Positions 47,793 to 58,203 are shown, numbered from the stretch's first letter. The stretch is DNA of 64,000 nt from an uncultured Nostoc sp. (GCF_964245575.1 NZ_CAXTNP010000005.1:899-64898); one strand, 5' to 3'. Program-made: numbers and translations. Notes: a model not told the origin generated them from the sequence alone.

Positions 47793-48362
47793 TTACTGCC
47801 GAAAAATTTCTACTTTTTCTAACACTACGTCTTGATTCGGACGATCTCTAGTTGTAGGAACATTGGCGATGCGGTTGACTATATCCATACCTTCAACAAC
47901 TTTACCAAAAACACTGTGTTTGCGGTCAAGATGAGGCGTTGGCCCTTCTGTAATGAACCATTGCGAACCATTTGTACCGCGTCCTGCATTTGCCATTGAG
48001 AGGATACCTGCACTAGAGTGTTTCAATTCAGGATGAAACTCATCTTCAAATTGATATCCCGGGCCACCAGTACCCCACCGATTGGCCATATCCGGATAAC
48101 GAGCCAGGGGATCGCCACACTGAATCATAAAATCAGGGATGACTCGGTGAAAGCGAACTCCATCGTAGGCAGGAGTCCCTTTCAGAGATTGACCTGTCTT
48201 AGGGTCTTTCCAGTCGATTGTCCCGGTTGCTAAACCTACAAAATTTTTGACGGTGTTGGGAGTTTTGTCTTCCTCCAAACGAACTATAATTTGACCCAAG
48301 GAAGTAATTAAACGAGCGTGCAGTGTGCCTTCACCGGGAATATTAATTTCTGGAAAATTCAT
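47793..48362 (-). CDS. Cyclophilin-type peptidyl-prolyl cis-trans isomerase
   Basis: 189 aa. Motifs [15 protein letters not shown] and [18 protein letters not shown]. Confidence 0.9.
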   Translation of the reverse strand: MNFPEINIPGEGTLHARLITSLGQIIVRLEEDKTPNTVKNFVGLATGTIDWKDPKTGQSLKGTPAYDGVRFHRVIPDFMIQCGDPLARYPDMANRWGTGGPGYQFEDEFHPELKHSSAGILSMANAGRGTNGSQWFITEGPTPHLDRKHSVFGKVVEGMDIVNRIANVPTTRDRPNQDVVLEKVEIFRQ

Positions 48363-48483
48363 GAGCTATCCTATGAATGAAAACTGCCAGTATTTGACCT
48401 ACGATAAGCTTATCAGCATTCAAGTTACAGGTTTACGGATTGCGAAAAGACTGAAACCTTGGAAACTTTAGAAAAAGAATATT

Positions 48484-50484
48484 TTACTCTGGTAAATTAA
48501 TTGCTGGATTACGGCTAAAGAATCCTCTAGGTACTAGCTTAAAGCCAACTTGGTGAACAGGCATCACAGGCCAATCTTCCGATCGCGGAATATGAGTTAC
48601 GCCCATTGTGTACCACAGCACGATATCTTCACCCATCAAGGATTCATCGTCTGCAATATATTTTGGTAAACCCTGTCCGGGCTGAGTCTGGTTGGGATAA
48701 TCACCGCCAGCATAGAGTTCAGCAGGTTTATATTTTGTTACCCAGACGTGGTGAGTTGCAAATTCTGCCTTTTGACGGATGTTTGAGCCTTCCACAGGGA
48801 AAAATATGGAATTTCCTCCAGGCATTAGCATATATCCAGGTGCAGCTCCTAACGTATTTTTCTTATCTGCACTAACAATCATCCATTCCCGACTGCTTTT
48901 CATATCCAAATCGCGCAAAGCAGATGTTTCGTTTGCTAGTGGGGTTTGTGTAATTGCGATCGCATTTCCTAAAGGATTTTTCTCATCCATCGGCAAAGCT
49001 TTCACATTCATTTCCATCACAGAATTAGCCTGTCCATCGACATCGAAATCTAGGCGGTAGTTGAAAAAGTGCTGGTGATTTACTCCGAAGATATTCTTAG
49101 CAATTAGCCGACCATAAGAATCATCCTCAGATTGCTTTTGGGCAGCCGTTCCCTGCGCCAGTACGATACCCGTTAATTCATTTTGGACTTCCAAAGTCCC
49201 ATCTTGGTGAAAAATCCAATTAATGCTGTAATCATAGTTGTCAACGGCCGCAGTCATCGTCATCACTAATTCTCGATTGCGACGGACATCATTACGCTGA
49301 GTATTATACTCATAGTGTTTCCAAAGCATTCCGTTATCGCGTTCATAGATACCGATAACTCCTGGTATCTTATAAGGTTCTCCCTGCTGATTAGCAAATA
49401 CAGCATTTAGCAAAAGACCGTTTTCAGGAATTTCTTTACCTAACTCCATCGTATTTGCTAGCAAACCAAGGTTATATTCTCCAACATCAAATGCATTTCT
49501 AAACGACCAAGTAGGATCTGGATCGCCATAAGGAACTACCATTTCTGATAGGCTAGCGCGGTATAAAACTGGTCGAATATTTTCCCCGTCATTGTGCGTC
49601 ACTTGATAAAGCATTAATCCATTACGAGGATGCATTAAATAGCGAAACTTCCAACCTTGCCAGCTAATTTCATTGTCTTGAATCTGGAAACTTGCACCAT
49701 TTGGTTGCAGAATCTTTAATGCTTTAGGCGCTGAAAGTAATTTGCCCAAGGACTTTAAATCGTAGTTCCAGTTTTCTTTAGAGAAAGGTACTTTTCCTCT
49801 GTCAACAAAACTGGCGATTTTACCCGTGTTTAAATTGACTGTTGCTAAAACTTCTTCAATGGGACTACCGTAATAGTTCCAGCCTTTGCCTTTGTAGTAA
49901 GATAAGGCTCGACACAGACGATTACCTGTTGCTTCTTCCTGTTTACTTAAAATTCCTGATGCCCAACAACTAATTGTGACTTGATCAAAATCAGTAATTC
50001 CCCGCCTTTGCATCGCTTTTTGCCATCGGAGATCGGCTTTAACTACCTGAGTTGCGAGTTCATATTCTGGATTGACGATCGCAGGTTGAACAGAGGGTAT
50101 TTCTTTCCAAGAACTTAAGGTTTTGCTTGTGAGATCAACAATTCCTTCATAGGTTTTATTTAGCGATCGCTCATAGATTATCAAAAAAGCTTTTCGCCCA
50201 AAAGCTTTACCAGATGTAAATTTCAGAACTTCTTCTTTATCTGGTTCTTGTAAAGCAATCAGTGGAAAAACTGCCATTTCGCTCAAACTTTTTTCTCTTT
50301 TGATCGCTGAAACTGCTGTGCTAATTTCTGCCTCGGTTAGCGAAGTCAGAGGATGGGAAATCGAAGCTTGTTGAGCCGTCAATTTTTCCATTAATCCCAG
50401 TGAAATAGAAATGACGATAGTGATAGTAATAGCTATCCAAAAAAACTGTAGCCGCTTAATCATTCCTTTACATTCTTTCAACAA
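48484..50484 (-). CDS. Copper-containing primary-amine oxidase (topaquinone enzyme), secreted
   Basis: 666 aa. TPQ precursor motif T-x-x-N-Y-D-Y (TAAVDNYDY), copper-ligand region VNHQHFFNYRLDFDVDG, and HIPRSEDWPVMP near the C-terminus. N-terminal signal peptide; the likely start is MIKRLQFF at 50463. Confidence 0.85.
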   Translation of the reverse strand: MLKECKGMIKRLQFFWIAITITIVISISLGLMEKLTAQQASISHPLTSLTEAEISTAVSAIKREKSLSEMAVFPLIALQEPDKEEVLKFTSGKAFGRKAFLIIYERSLNKTYEGIVDLTSKTLSSWKEIPSVQPAIVNPEYELATQVVKADLRWQKAMQRRGITDFDQVTISCWASGILSKQEEATGNRLCRALSYYKGKGWNYYGSPIEEVLATVNLNTGKIASFVDRGKVPFSKENWNYDLKSLGKLLSAPKALKILQPNGASFQIQDNEISWQGWKFRYLMHPRNGLMLYQVTHNDGENIRPVLYRASLSEMVVPYGDPDPTWSFRNAFDVGEYNLGLLANTMELGKEIPENGLLLNAVFANQQGEPYKIPGVIGIYERDNGMLWKHYEYNTQRNDVRRNRELVMTMTAAVDNYDYSINWIFHQDGTLEVQNELTGIVLAQGTAAQKQSEDDSYGRLIAKNIFGVNHQHFFNYRLDFDVDGQANSVMEMNVKALPMDEKNPLGNAIAITQTPLANETSALRDLDMKSSREWMIVSADKKNTLGAAPGYMLMPGGNSIFFPVEGSNIRQKAEFATHHVWVTKYKPAELYAGGDYPNQTQPGQGLPKYIADDESLMGEDIVLWYTMGVTHIPRSEDWPVMPVHQVGFKLVPRGFFSRNPAINLPE

Positions 50485-50655
50485 ACGTATAGTTATTTAT
50501 TTCTAAGCAATAGCTCAGAAACCGATAGATTAAGAAATTAATTTGCTAACAGTATTTGTAATTATCAAATCCATCACTCTAATCAATTGTTAGCTTTACA
50601 TTCAAACCTGGGAATACTGTATACAGGTATTCATGGTAAATTGGAGTACACTGTT

Positions 50656-51159
50656 ATGCAGCAAGCAAATTCAGGCGTCGCATACATTCTTTGGTGTTTG
50701 TGCTTCTTTGGTATCTGTGGTGGGCAAAGATTCTACACCGGACAGATTGGTAGTGGTTTGATATATTTCTTTACAATTGGTTTTTTTGGGATTGGTCAAC
50801 TAATCGATTTGGCTCTCATTCCTGGTATGGTTGACAAGCGAAATATTTATCTGCGTGGGTTACATGGTAATGGAACCCCCAGTGTCAATCAATCAATTAC
50901 GTTGAACATTGGTGAGATTCCCCAACTTCAACAGTTACAAGCCATACAGCCACCAATATCTACAGGTAGTCCAATGCAGAAACTGCTCAAAGCTGCAAAG
51001 GAACATAATGGGCAACTTTCCATCGCTCAAGCGGCTATGTATACTGAGCTAGAATCAGAGCATCTGAAAGAGTTGCTTCTTGAAGCAACGAAGATAGGGT
51101 ACGCTGAAGTCAACAATGATCCAAATACTGGAGCTATCCGTTATCACTTTGATGTCTAA
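50656..51159 (+). CDS. TM2-domain membrane protein
   Basis: The track starts at a TTG (50587). The ATG at 50656 gives MQQANSGVAYILWCLCFFGICGGQRFYTGQ, the TM2 signature. Confidence 0.75.
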   Translation: MQQANSGVAYILWCLCFFGICGGQRFYTGQIGSGLIYFFTIGFFGIGQLIDLALIPGMVDKRNIYLRGLHGNGTPSVNQSITLNIGEIPQLQQLQAIQPPISTGSPMQKLLKAAKEHNGQLSIAQAAMYTELESEHLKELLLEATKIGYAEVNNDPNTGAIRYHFDV

Positions 51160-51304
51160 GGTTTAAAAGTAAATATTCATATATTTTCAGATTTAGGACT
51201 TACGCATCAATCACGAAATCCGAGGGCAATTCATAAATTGCCCCCACGGGAAATCAAGACTATAATCATCTGTTAATAACTGATCAATTCTGATCCGTTA
51301 GCAA

Positions 51305-51829
51305 TCACGCAGAAACTAAACGACGTAAAGATTCAGCACGACGTTTAGCAATAGAGTTATTTGGAGCGAATTTTAGTGCTTCTTCATAACTTTGTAACGC
51401 CTGACTAGTTAACTTTTTTTTCTCATAGGCATGACCGAGATTATTCAACCCTGTTACGTAGTCTGGTTTAGATTTGAGGGCTTCTTTATACTGACGAATT
51501 GCTAGGTCATATTGCTCTTGGATAAAATAAACATAACCCAGCCCGTTGTAAATGGGGGCAATATTTTCTTCTCCCTCTTCTGGGGCAGCTTTCAGAGCTT
51601 TTTGAAACAGCGCGATCGCTTGAGAATACATTTTTTTGTCTGAATAAATACTGGCTAACTCATAATATTCTTGAGTCGTACCTTTTTCTTTCTCTAACTT
51701 CTTCCGCAATCTTGCAAAGGAGCCTTCAATCTTACGAGTTTTGAAAATCTGGCGAAAAACACCCACGGCTGCAATTGTGAGTATACCCACCAAAACTGAG
51801 AGATAAACAACGGCTAGACTGTTATCCAT
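51305..51829 (-). CDS. TPR protein with an N-terminal TM helix (Ycf37-like architecture)
   Basis: 174 aa. TM helix followed by three TPR units (YYELASIYSDKKMYSQAIALFQKALK...). Confidence 0.6.
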   Translation of the reverse strand: MDNSLAVVYLSVLVGILTIAAVGVFRQIFKTRKIEGSFARLRKKLEKEKGTTQEYYELASIYSDKKMYSQAIALFQKALKAAPEEGEENIAPIYNGLGYVYFIQEQYDLAIRQYKEALKSKPDYVTGLNNLGHAYEKKKLTSQALQSYEEALKFAPNNSIAKRRAESLRRLVSA

Positions 51830-51918
51830 TGCTGCAAATACAAATATTAAAAGTTACTTCTGTAATCTATTATCAGCCTATTGTCATTTGTCCTTTGTTA
51901 TTCACTAATGACCAATCA

Positions 51919-52746
51919 CTAATGATCAATTGACGGTAAGCCCCAATATTGAACACGTTGCTGGAGCCAACCTTCTGCTAAGTAACGAGCGATCGCTTGA
52001 TTCACATTTCGTCTTAACTTATCGTACTGCAATCCTTTGGGCATGACTACAGACAAGGGTTCAGTTGATAGCTTGGTTGGCAGTAGCCGATATTGGGGAT
52101 ATTGTTGCACCCAACCGCTCAAAACGCTAGCATCTGCGGCAAAGGCAAAGGCTGCATTATTTTCTATTTTCTCTCGCGCTTCTTGATATGAATTCACTCC
52201 TACTAACTCGGCGTTTGGCACATAGTACCGCACTTGGGCAATGGTGCTGGAGTTATTCAGTACAGCAATTTTTTGTTTTGCCAACTCACTAAACTTCTGC
52301 ACAGAGGCATCTTTTGTAACTAATACAGTGCCATCCAAATAGTAAGGAACACTTAAACTAACTATGCGGCTGCGAGATTCAGTTGCTGTTACCCTAGCGA
52401 TCGCAAAATCAACTTTCTTATCTAAGACTACAGACAAGCGATCGCGATTCGCTACGGGTTTCAATTTGACAGCCTCGGCTTTGCCAACCAAGTCAAGTGC
52501 CAATCGCTGTGCCAAGTCAATTTCTAAGCCTTGCAAATTACCGTTAGCGTCTCTAAATCCCAACGGACGCAAGTTATCTTTAACGGCAACAGTTAGATAG
52601 CCTCGCTGCTGAATTTCTGGCATTTCGGCAGCAGATGCAGTTAATCCTGTCCCCACTATGGAAAAGCAACATATCCAAAAAATAGTGGCGGATAATACCA
52701 GATGTAACCGAGTCATTACTTGCAATCTGTTACATCTGTTATACAT
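51919..52746 (-). CDS. Amino-acid ABC transporter substrate-binding protein (family 3)
   Basis: 275 aa with a signal peptide. LTVAVKDNLRPLGFRD...G..IDLA and DFAIARVT match the family pattern. Confidence 0.78.
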   Translation of the reverse strand: MYNRCNRLQVMTRLHLVLSATIFWICCFSIVGTGLTASAAEMPEIQQRGYLTVAVKDNLRPLGFRDANGNLQGLEIDLAQRLALDLVGKAEAVKLKPVANRDRLSVVLDKKVDFAIARVTATESRSRIVSLSVPYYLDGTVLVTKDASVQKFSELAKQKIAVLNNSSTIAQVRYYVPNAELVGVNSYQEAREKIENNAAFAFAADASVLSGWVQQYPQYRLLPTKLSTEPLSVVMPKGLQYDKLRRNVNQAIARYLAEGWLQQRVQYWGLPSIDH

Positions 52747-52758
52747 CCCTTACCACCT

Positions 52759-53115
52759 TTATCCTTTAGCTTGATTTGCGAGTTCAGCAACTTTGCCGAA
52801 GCTAGTTGGATCGAGGATTGCTAATTGTGCCAACATCTTGCGATTTAGTTGGATATCAGCTTTTTTCAAGTTACCAATCAACTGGCTGTAACTCAAGCCG
52901 TGTTGCCTTGAAGCAGCGTTGATCCGGGTGATCCACAGGCGACGAAAATCGCGCTTTTTCTTTTTGCGATCGCGGTAGGCACTTCGTAGTGCCTTCATCA
53001 CTTGTTGGTTGGCAGTTCTAAACAGAGTTGAGTGAGAACCGCGAAAACCTTTAGCTAGTTTGAGAATTTTATTGCGGCGTTTCCGAGCTACATTACCGCG
53101 TTTTACCCGAGTCAT
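52759..53115 (-). CDS. rplT: 50S ribosomal protein L20
   Basis: [26 protein letters not shown] is the canonical L20 N-terminus. Confidence 0.97.
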   Translation of the reverse strand: MTRVKRGNVARKRRNKILKLAKGFRGSHSTLFRTANQQVMKALRSAYRDRKKKKRDFRRLWITRINAASRQHGLSYSQLIGNLKKADIQLNRKMLAQLAILDPTSFGKVAELANQAKG

Positions 53116-53134
53116 AACTTATTTCCTTAAATAC

Positions 53135-53332
53135 TTACAAATATGGGAGCATCAAGCGCACGTTAAGTTCATCGCGTTCATGTACAAGCGCACTCTGACG
53201 CATACTACGCTTTTTGTCAGAACTTTTATGTTCTAAAAGGTGGCTTTTGAACGCTTTACGACGGACGATTTTGCCGGTGCCGGTGGCACGGAATCGCTTT
53301 GCTGCTGCTTTACGAGTCTTTAGTTTAGGCAT
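53135..53332 (-). CDS. rpmI: 50S ribosomal protein L35
   Basis: [31 protein letters not shown] is the canonical L35 N-terminus. Confidence 0.95.
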   Translation of the reverse strand: MPKLKTRKAAAKRFRATGTGKIVRRKAFKSHLLEHKSSDKKRSMRQSALVHERDELNVRLMLPYL

Positions 53333-53490
53333 GGTCTAGCTTTAATTCGACACGATCCATTATTATACTAATAAAATTGCTTGAATGGTAATTAAGTGAA
53401 CTATTTAACCAACTACCACTGTTATAGACAAAATTAATTTCACCGATAAATGAAGTAAATATAGTCGAATATGACCCACGGTGGCAGACT

Positions 53491-53982
53491 TTGTTTGCAC
53501 AAGAAGCCGAGCGGATTTGGCAGGTACTAGGCAATGACTTGGTTGTGGAAATTGAACATATTGGGAGTACGGCAGTACCAGGAATGGCAGGCAAGCCAGT
53601 TGTTGACATCATGGTAGGAGTCTGTTCCTTAGTAAATGCGAAATCTACTATTCCGGCATTGGAATCTTTGGGATACGTTTATTGGCGTGAAAATCCAGAT
53701 CCAGGACGGATGTTTTTTGTGAAAGGAATGCCACCATACGCAAAGCAACGTACTCATCATGTTCACATAGTCGGGGTTGACAGCGAATTTTGCCAGGAGC
53801 ACAAGCTATTTTGCGACTATCTGAGAAGGCATCCTGAAGAGGCGAAACGATATGAAGCTTTAAAACGCGATTTGGCGGCAAGTTTTCGGAGCGATCGCGA
53901 GGCTTATACCAATGGTAAAAATGACTATATCCGGGCTGTGATGGCAAAAGCACAGTGTGAAAAGATGGGGAAAAAAGAGTGA
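53491..53982 (+). CDS. GrpB-family protein
   Basis: HIGSTAVPGMAGKPVVDIMV is the GrpB signature. The conserved N-terminal segment continues upstream of the called TTG start (see findings). Confidence 0.8.
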   Translation: MFAQEAERIWQVLGNDLVVEIEHIGSTAVPGMAGKPVVDIMVGVCSLVNAKSTIPALESLGYVYWRENPDPGRMFFVKGMPPYAKQRTHHVHIVGVDSEFCQEHKLFCDYLRRHPEEAKRYEALKRDLAASFRSDREAYTNGKNDYIRAVMAKAQCEKMGKKE

Positions 53983-54146
53983 GTGGGTTCAATCACTACG
54001 AGTAGAATTCTGGCAAACAGTTCAGCCGAAAATAATTACTTTCTTATGACTTATTGATATATTCGACAGGGGTTAGAGCAAGATTAAAATAATTCGTAAT
54101 TGATAATACTACCCTTTGGCGAGTATTACAAATGACAAATAACAAA

Positions 54147-56207
54147 TTAATTCGCTGCCGTTTGGGCTTCTTGATAAACTATTTCTTGAAACTGGATCAT
54201 ATCTTTTTGCGGATCGGCGTGGCTAACTTTCACCAATATCTGTTCGCCCAACTTCACAGAACGTTTGAAAACCATTGGTAACTGCAAGCCCAAATCTTCT
54301 AACAAAATTAGAGCTAAGTTGCTGTCTTCTCGCAGCCACATCAACACTGTTACATCCCAAGTTTCCTCTGGATGACGGCGTAAATATTCTAGAGCATAAT
54401 ATCTATTAGTTTGCCGTTCCACCATTGTCACCTCTTGGGTAATGCTGGTGACAGTCATCATCACTTCTTTAAGTTGATCTGCGGTAAATGGTAAAACTTC
54501 ACCCCGCAAATGGGCTTTAAGTTGGAAGTGGGTAAGCAAATCACTGTAACGACGGATGGGAGAGGTTGCTTGGGTGTAAGTATCCAAACCCAAACCAGCA
54601 TGGCGCAGAGGCGTAATGCTCATTTCGCTCTTGGGCATACAACGACGCATAGCGCAAGCGCGAACGAATCCGGCGGGAAGTAGCAGCAATTCCTCTTCTG
54701 GGGGTAATTCTGGTTGCGGCTGACCGCGAAAGGGCAAAGGTATGTTATGAGCTTTACCATAACGAGCTGCAACTTCACCGGCAACAATCATCATTTCAGC
54801 CACTACTTGCCGTGATGGGGAATCGTCCAAAATGTCAATATTGATCTCGTCATCTTTGACTTTGATCATCGCTTCCGGCATGGTGATGCTAATTGCCCCT
54901 TGGGCGTAACGCCAAGCTTTGCGCTTCTGTGCCCAAGTTGCGATCGCTGCAATTTCCGGTTCTGCCTGTACCCGTAATTGCAGCATTTCATCTACATCTT
55001 CGTAGGTGAGACGATAAGTCGGCTTAATCAAGCTGGTATGAATGCTGTAATCTTCTACTACCCCACTTGTACCTAAAATAATTCCGAAACTGAGGGCGCA
55101 ACAAACCCGTCCCTGGATCAGACTCATTGGCCCAGTCGCTAATACCTCTGGGAACATGGGAATCATCCCCGTAGGTAAATAGACTGTACTACCCCGCTTT
55201 CTGGCTTCCAAATCTAATTCATCTTCGGGTACTAACCATCGAGTAGGATCGGCTATATGCACCCACAGGCGTTCTTGCCCATCGGGTAGTACTTCCCAAC
55301 TCAGACCATCGTCGATTTCTGTGGTAGTTTCATCATCAATGGTGTATACCTTCAGGTGAGTCAGATCAAGGCGGTTTGTATCTGAGTCAATTGGCGGGAA
55401 ATCCAAACGCTGTTGCGCCACTTCTAATACCTTATTAGGAAATTGGATCGGAATTGAAGAACGACGCAGGAACAAGTTTTCATAAGGACTCCAGCAACCT
55501 AAATCCACCAACAGTTGAAAGGCCCCTTGGGGTGTTGTGGGGCGTCCCAGCATGGTCATAGTTTCTAATACTGGAGCGCTTGGCGGATAAGCGCGAGCCA
55601 AGGAGTCATAATTGACCCCTGTCCGCACGGTGTCAGCAAGCAACGCGGCGTATTTTTCGAGTCCTTCTAAGCGCTGGCGATCGTGACGCCCCCACTCTAC
55701 TGCTTCACCTTTGAGCGCCTGCTCTACACGAGTTAAAAATTCCTGCTGTCCCTTAGCTTTTAATGCCTCTACTTCCATCTGGTGCTGGCGTTCTGCCACC
55801 TGAGCAGCAGTTCGCGGCTCGTAAGCGTCTCCTTTTTGCTTGAAATAAAGTTTGTCGTCTGATAACAAGCAATAGGCGGCGTAACAAGGAGGCGCAGTTG
55901 ATTCTGAAAATAGCAGATTCGCCATTTGGTCGGGGGTGACTGTTTCCCCATCCTCAACCAGTAATTCCCAAGCTACTTCTAAGCTAGATGGGTCTAAATA
56001 AGGCTTTAGCTGCTCCAAAAAGCTGGCAATCTCTGAGGGCTTGTACGTCTGTCCGGTAACTGTATAAGTTATTTGTCTAGGCGCGAGGCTGTGGGATTGA
56101 CCACGTTCGTCTACCACAAACCAGCGGGTTTTACCGTCTGGACGTTCTACGATGCCCAGACGGCGATCGCCTTGAACCCTAAATTCAACTAGCGTCCCCT
56201 TCTCCAC
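54147..56207 (-). CDS. RNase II/R-family 3'-5' exoribonuclease
   Basis: 686 aa. RNB-domain motifs YTIDDETTTEIDDGLS and ATSPIRRYSDLLTHFQ, plus a C-terminal S1-like region. Confidence 0.9.
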   Translation of the reverse strand: MEKGTLVEFRVQGDRRLGIVERPDGKTRWFVVDERGQSHSLAPRQITYTVTGQTYKPSEIASFLEQLKPYLDPSSLEVAWELLVEDGETVTPDQMANLLFSESTAPPCYAAYCLLSDDKLYFKQKGDAYEPRTAAQVAERQHQMEVEALKAKGQQEFLTRVEQALKGEAVEWGRHDRQRLEGLEKYAALLADTVRTGVNYDSLARAYPPSAPVLETMTMLGRPTTPQGAFQLLVDLGCWSPYENLFLRRSSIPIQFPNKVLEVAQQRLDFPPIDSDTNRLDLTHLKVYTIDDETTTEIDDGLSWEVLPDGQERLWVHIADPTRWLVPEDELDLEARKRGSTVYLPTGMIPMFPEVLATGPMSLIQGRVCCALSFGIILGTSGVVEDYSIHTSLIKPTYRLTYEDVDEMLQLRVQAEPEIAAIATWAQKRKAWRYAQGAISITMPEAMIKVKDDEINIDILDDSPSRQVVAEMMIVAGEVAARYGKAHNIPLPFRGQPQPELPPEEELLLLPAGFVRACAMRRCMPKSEMSITPLRHAGLGLDTYTQATSPIRRYSDLLTHFQLKAHLRGEVLPFTADQLKEVMMTVTSITQEVTMVERQTNRYYALEYLRRHPEETWDVTVLMWLREDSNLALILLEDLGLQLPMVFKRSVKLGEQILVKVSHADPQKDMIQFQEIVYQEAQTAAN

Positions 56208-56250
56208 AACTCTCGCACTTGTAATTTGGTGAACAGTTTAAATAGTTTTA

Positions 56251-56275
56251 AGTTAGGAGTTAGGAGTTAGGAGTT
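56251..56275. repeat. STRR heptamer tract (AGTTAGG x3.5)
   Basis: Read directly from the sequence. Confidence 0.8.
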
Positions 56276-56286
56276 TTGATTCTTAA

Positions 56287-56344
56287 CTCCTGTACAGACG
56301 CAATTAATCGCGTCTCTCCTGTACGCGATTAATCGCGTCTCTCC
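56287..56344. repeat. Tandem (1.5x) palindromic repeat GTACAGACGCAATTAATCGCGTCTCTCC / GTACGCGATTAATCGCGTCTCTCC
   Basis: Same family as 2188, 15386, 16548 and 24789. Lies between the rpsR stop and the RNase R start. Confidence 0.7.
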
Positions 56345-56350
56345 TCATTT

Positions 56351-56566
56351 TTAGCCTTCCGCATTGATAAATGGCAACAAGGCCACAATCCGCGAACGTT
56401 TAATTGCTAATGTCAACTCTCGCTGTTGCTGAGACGTAAGCCCAGTAATCCGACGTGGTAATATTTTACCCCGCTCGGTGACAAACTTACGCAATAAATC
56501 AACATCTTTATAATCGATTGGTTCTCCTGGCTTGATTGGAGAAAGACGACGACGGAAATAACTCAT
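56351..56566 (-). CDS. rpsR: 30S ribosomal protein S18
   Basis: [26 protein letters not shown] is the canonical S18 core. Confidence 0.95.
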   Translation of the reverse strand: MSYFRRRLSPIKPGEPIDYKDVDLLRKFVTERGKILPRRITGLTSQQQRELTLAIKRSRIVALLPFINAEG

Positions 56567-56568
56567 CT

Positions 56569-56763
56569 CTACTTAATTTCCTTATGAACGGTATGTTTGT
56601 TGCAGTGGGTGCAGAACTTTTTCAGTTCTAGGCGGTTAGTGGTGTTGCGGCGATTCTTGGTGCTGGTATAACGTGAAACACCAGCAGAACGCTTGTCTGA
56701 ATTTGTCCGACACTCGGTACACTCTAGTGTCACAATAATGCGGGCACCTTTACTCTTAGCCAT
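56569..56763 (-). CDS. rpmG: 50S ribosomal protein L33 (Zn-ribbon C+ form)
   Basis: 64 aa. CTEC...CTHC zinc ribbon, and the protein ends in KEIK. Confidence 0.95.
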   Translation of the reverse strand: MAKSKGARIIVTLECTECRTNSDKRSAGVSRYTSTKNRRNTTNRLELKKFCTHCNKHTVHKEIK

Positions 56764-56806
56764 AATCTTACAAACAGTGAAGCCTGAAGAGAATTAACAC
56801 AAATGA

Positions 56807-57364
56807 CTATCTTCTCACATTCCGCCGCATATTATCAACTAATCTTTTGATTTTTATGTCGAGCGAGTAGCCACGACGCGACGAAACGATAAAAGTTCCA
56901 CAATAGCGATCGTGTAAAGCCTGCCGCATCTGAGCATCAGAGAAGGCAGTCCCACAATCAATTGCTAGGGGAAGTACTAGCAGTATAGCAGTGGGATTGG
57001 CTCTAATATTGCTCAGGGCAATTGACACTAAAAGGGCACCCAAGCCGACGATCGCCTCTCGCTTCACCAGTGAGAGCAAATCTGGAATTCTGCCCATTAC
57101 TTCCCCATCTTCAACTTCTAACACTTTTAAATCGAAGGCCCAACGCCCTAAACTTTGCCCTTGATTGTTGTATGCCACCAGCACCCGCAAAATCAGCCAA
57201 AATATCACAAAAACTAGGATTTGCATAAATTGAATCCCGATATCGCCGCCTCCCAGTAGAGAACTGACTAACCAGACACCAAGGAAATCAAGCCCCAATG
57301 CCATACCTCGCCGCCCAATTTCAGCCTTTGGATAGTGTTTTTGGGGAAGTCGTTCGATAGTCAT
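56807..57364 (-). CDS. RDD-family membrane protein
   Basis: 185 aa with three TM helices. The C-terminal ..LHDRYCGTFIV motif is typical of RDD domains. Confidence 0.7.
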   Translation of the reverse strand: MTIERLPQKHYPKAEIGRRGMALGLDFLGVWLVSSLLGGGDIGIQFMQILVFVIFWLILRVLVAYNNQGQSLGRWAFDLKVLEVEDGEVMGRIPDLLSLVKREAIVGLGALLVSIALSNIRANPTAILLVLPLAIDCGTAFSDAQMRQALHDRYCGTFIVSSRRGYSLDIKIKRLVDNMRRNVRR

Positions 57365-57781
57365 ACAACACAGGTATTTTTATTTAGGGATTGGGAAATA
57401 ATTGCTCCTGTTTTTAATATTAAGGTGATGACTTAGCTTTGGCGTTTAGACTTGTTTTGGATGAAGAGAGCGTTTTTGGTAAAGTTTAGTAAATTATTAA
57501 ACGTTTGTATCCAAAGAGCCTCAAAGGCTTATTTGAACAGTGAGTCAATCCTAACTACTGAGGATTTTTAGAGGGTGTAGAGGATTGCTCTTGGCGTCAT
57601 ATTGGTTTACATCTAGATCAATGGACAGGTGAACCGAAAGGTTCTACAATCTGACTGATTGCGGTAAATTTACCTATTGCCCAATCAACATAAGCATAGT
57701 AAAGATTTTCTAGTGATTACGTTTGATTGCGGAAGCATTAAATTAATATAGGAAAGTCTTGAAGTAAGGGGCAGCAAAAAA

Positions 57782-57904
57782 ATGGATGTAAAGCTGATTC
57801 TAGCTGGATTGACAGTTATCTTTACGGTTTCGTGCTTATTTTTTGGCACGAAAAATGGATTCTATGATTCAGATAACTATCACGGCAATGGCTCTGCACA
57901 TTGA
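57782..57904 (+). CDS. 40-aa single-TM small protein (below the ORF-track cutoff)
   Basis: MDVKLILAGLTVIFTVSCLFFGTKNGFYDSDNYHGNGSAH. Clean TM helix plus a polar tail, in an otherwise empty 840-bp intergenic region. I could not place it among the photosystem, b6f or NDH small subunits I remember. Confidence 0.4.
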   Translation: MDVKLILAGLTVIFTVSCLFFGTKNGFYDSDNYHGNGSAH

Positions 57905-58203
57905 GATAAATCTGTAGACGCTTGGGCGACTTCCCGTAGGGTGAGTTGGTTAAGAGCGTTCAGAACTTGCAAAGGGAAAATAAACAAGAGGCATCCTTGA
58001 GCTAGTAATTTGATGGCTTCTGGTTAGTCCACCTTTCTGAACCAGTGCGGGTTCGGTAGAGGCGTCCTCCCCAATCAAAAATCTGTATTCTCAGGGTGTA
58101 GGGGCGCACGATAAAACTTACCCCTAAGTCACAAAACCAAAATTTTTGTAATTTTTGGCTTTTGAGATATGTCCATGATGATGAGGTTTGAGGGGAGGAG
58201 AGC

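Noticed and set aside
53325-53612. 95-aa minus-strand ORF spanning the rpmI upstream region and the GrpB 5' end.
   Set aside because: It overlaps the GrpB coding frame in antisense and would overlap the rpmI start by 8 nt in a different reading frame. The product is Ser/Cys/Ile-rich and featureless.
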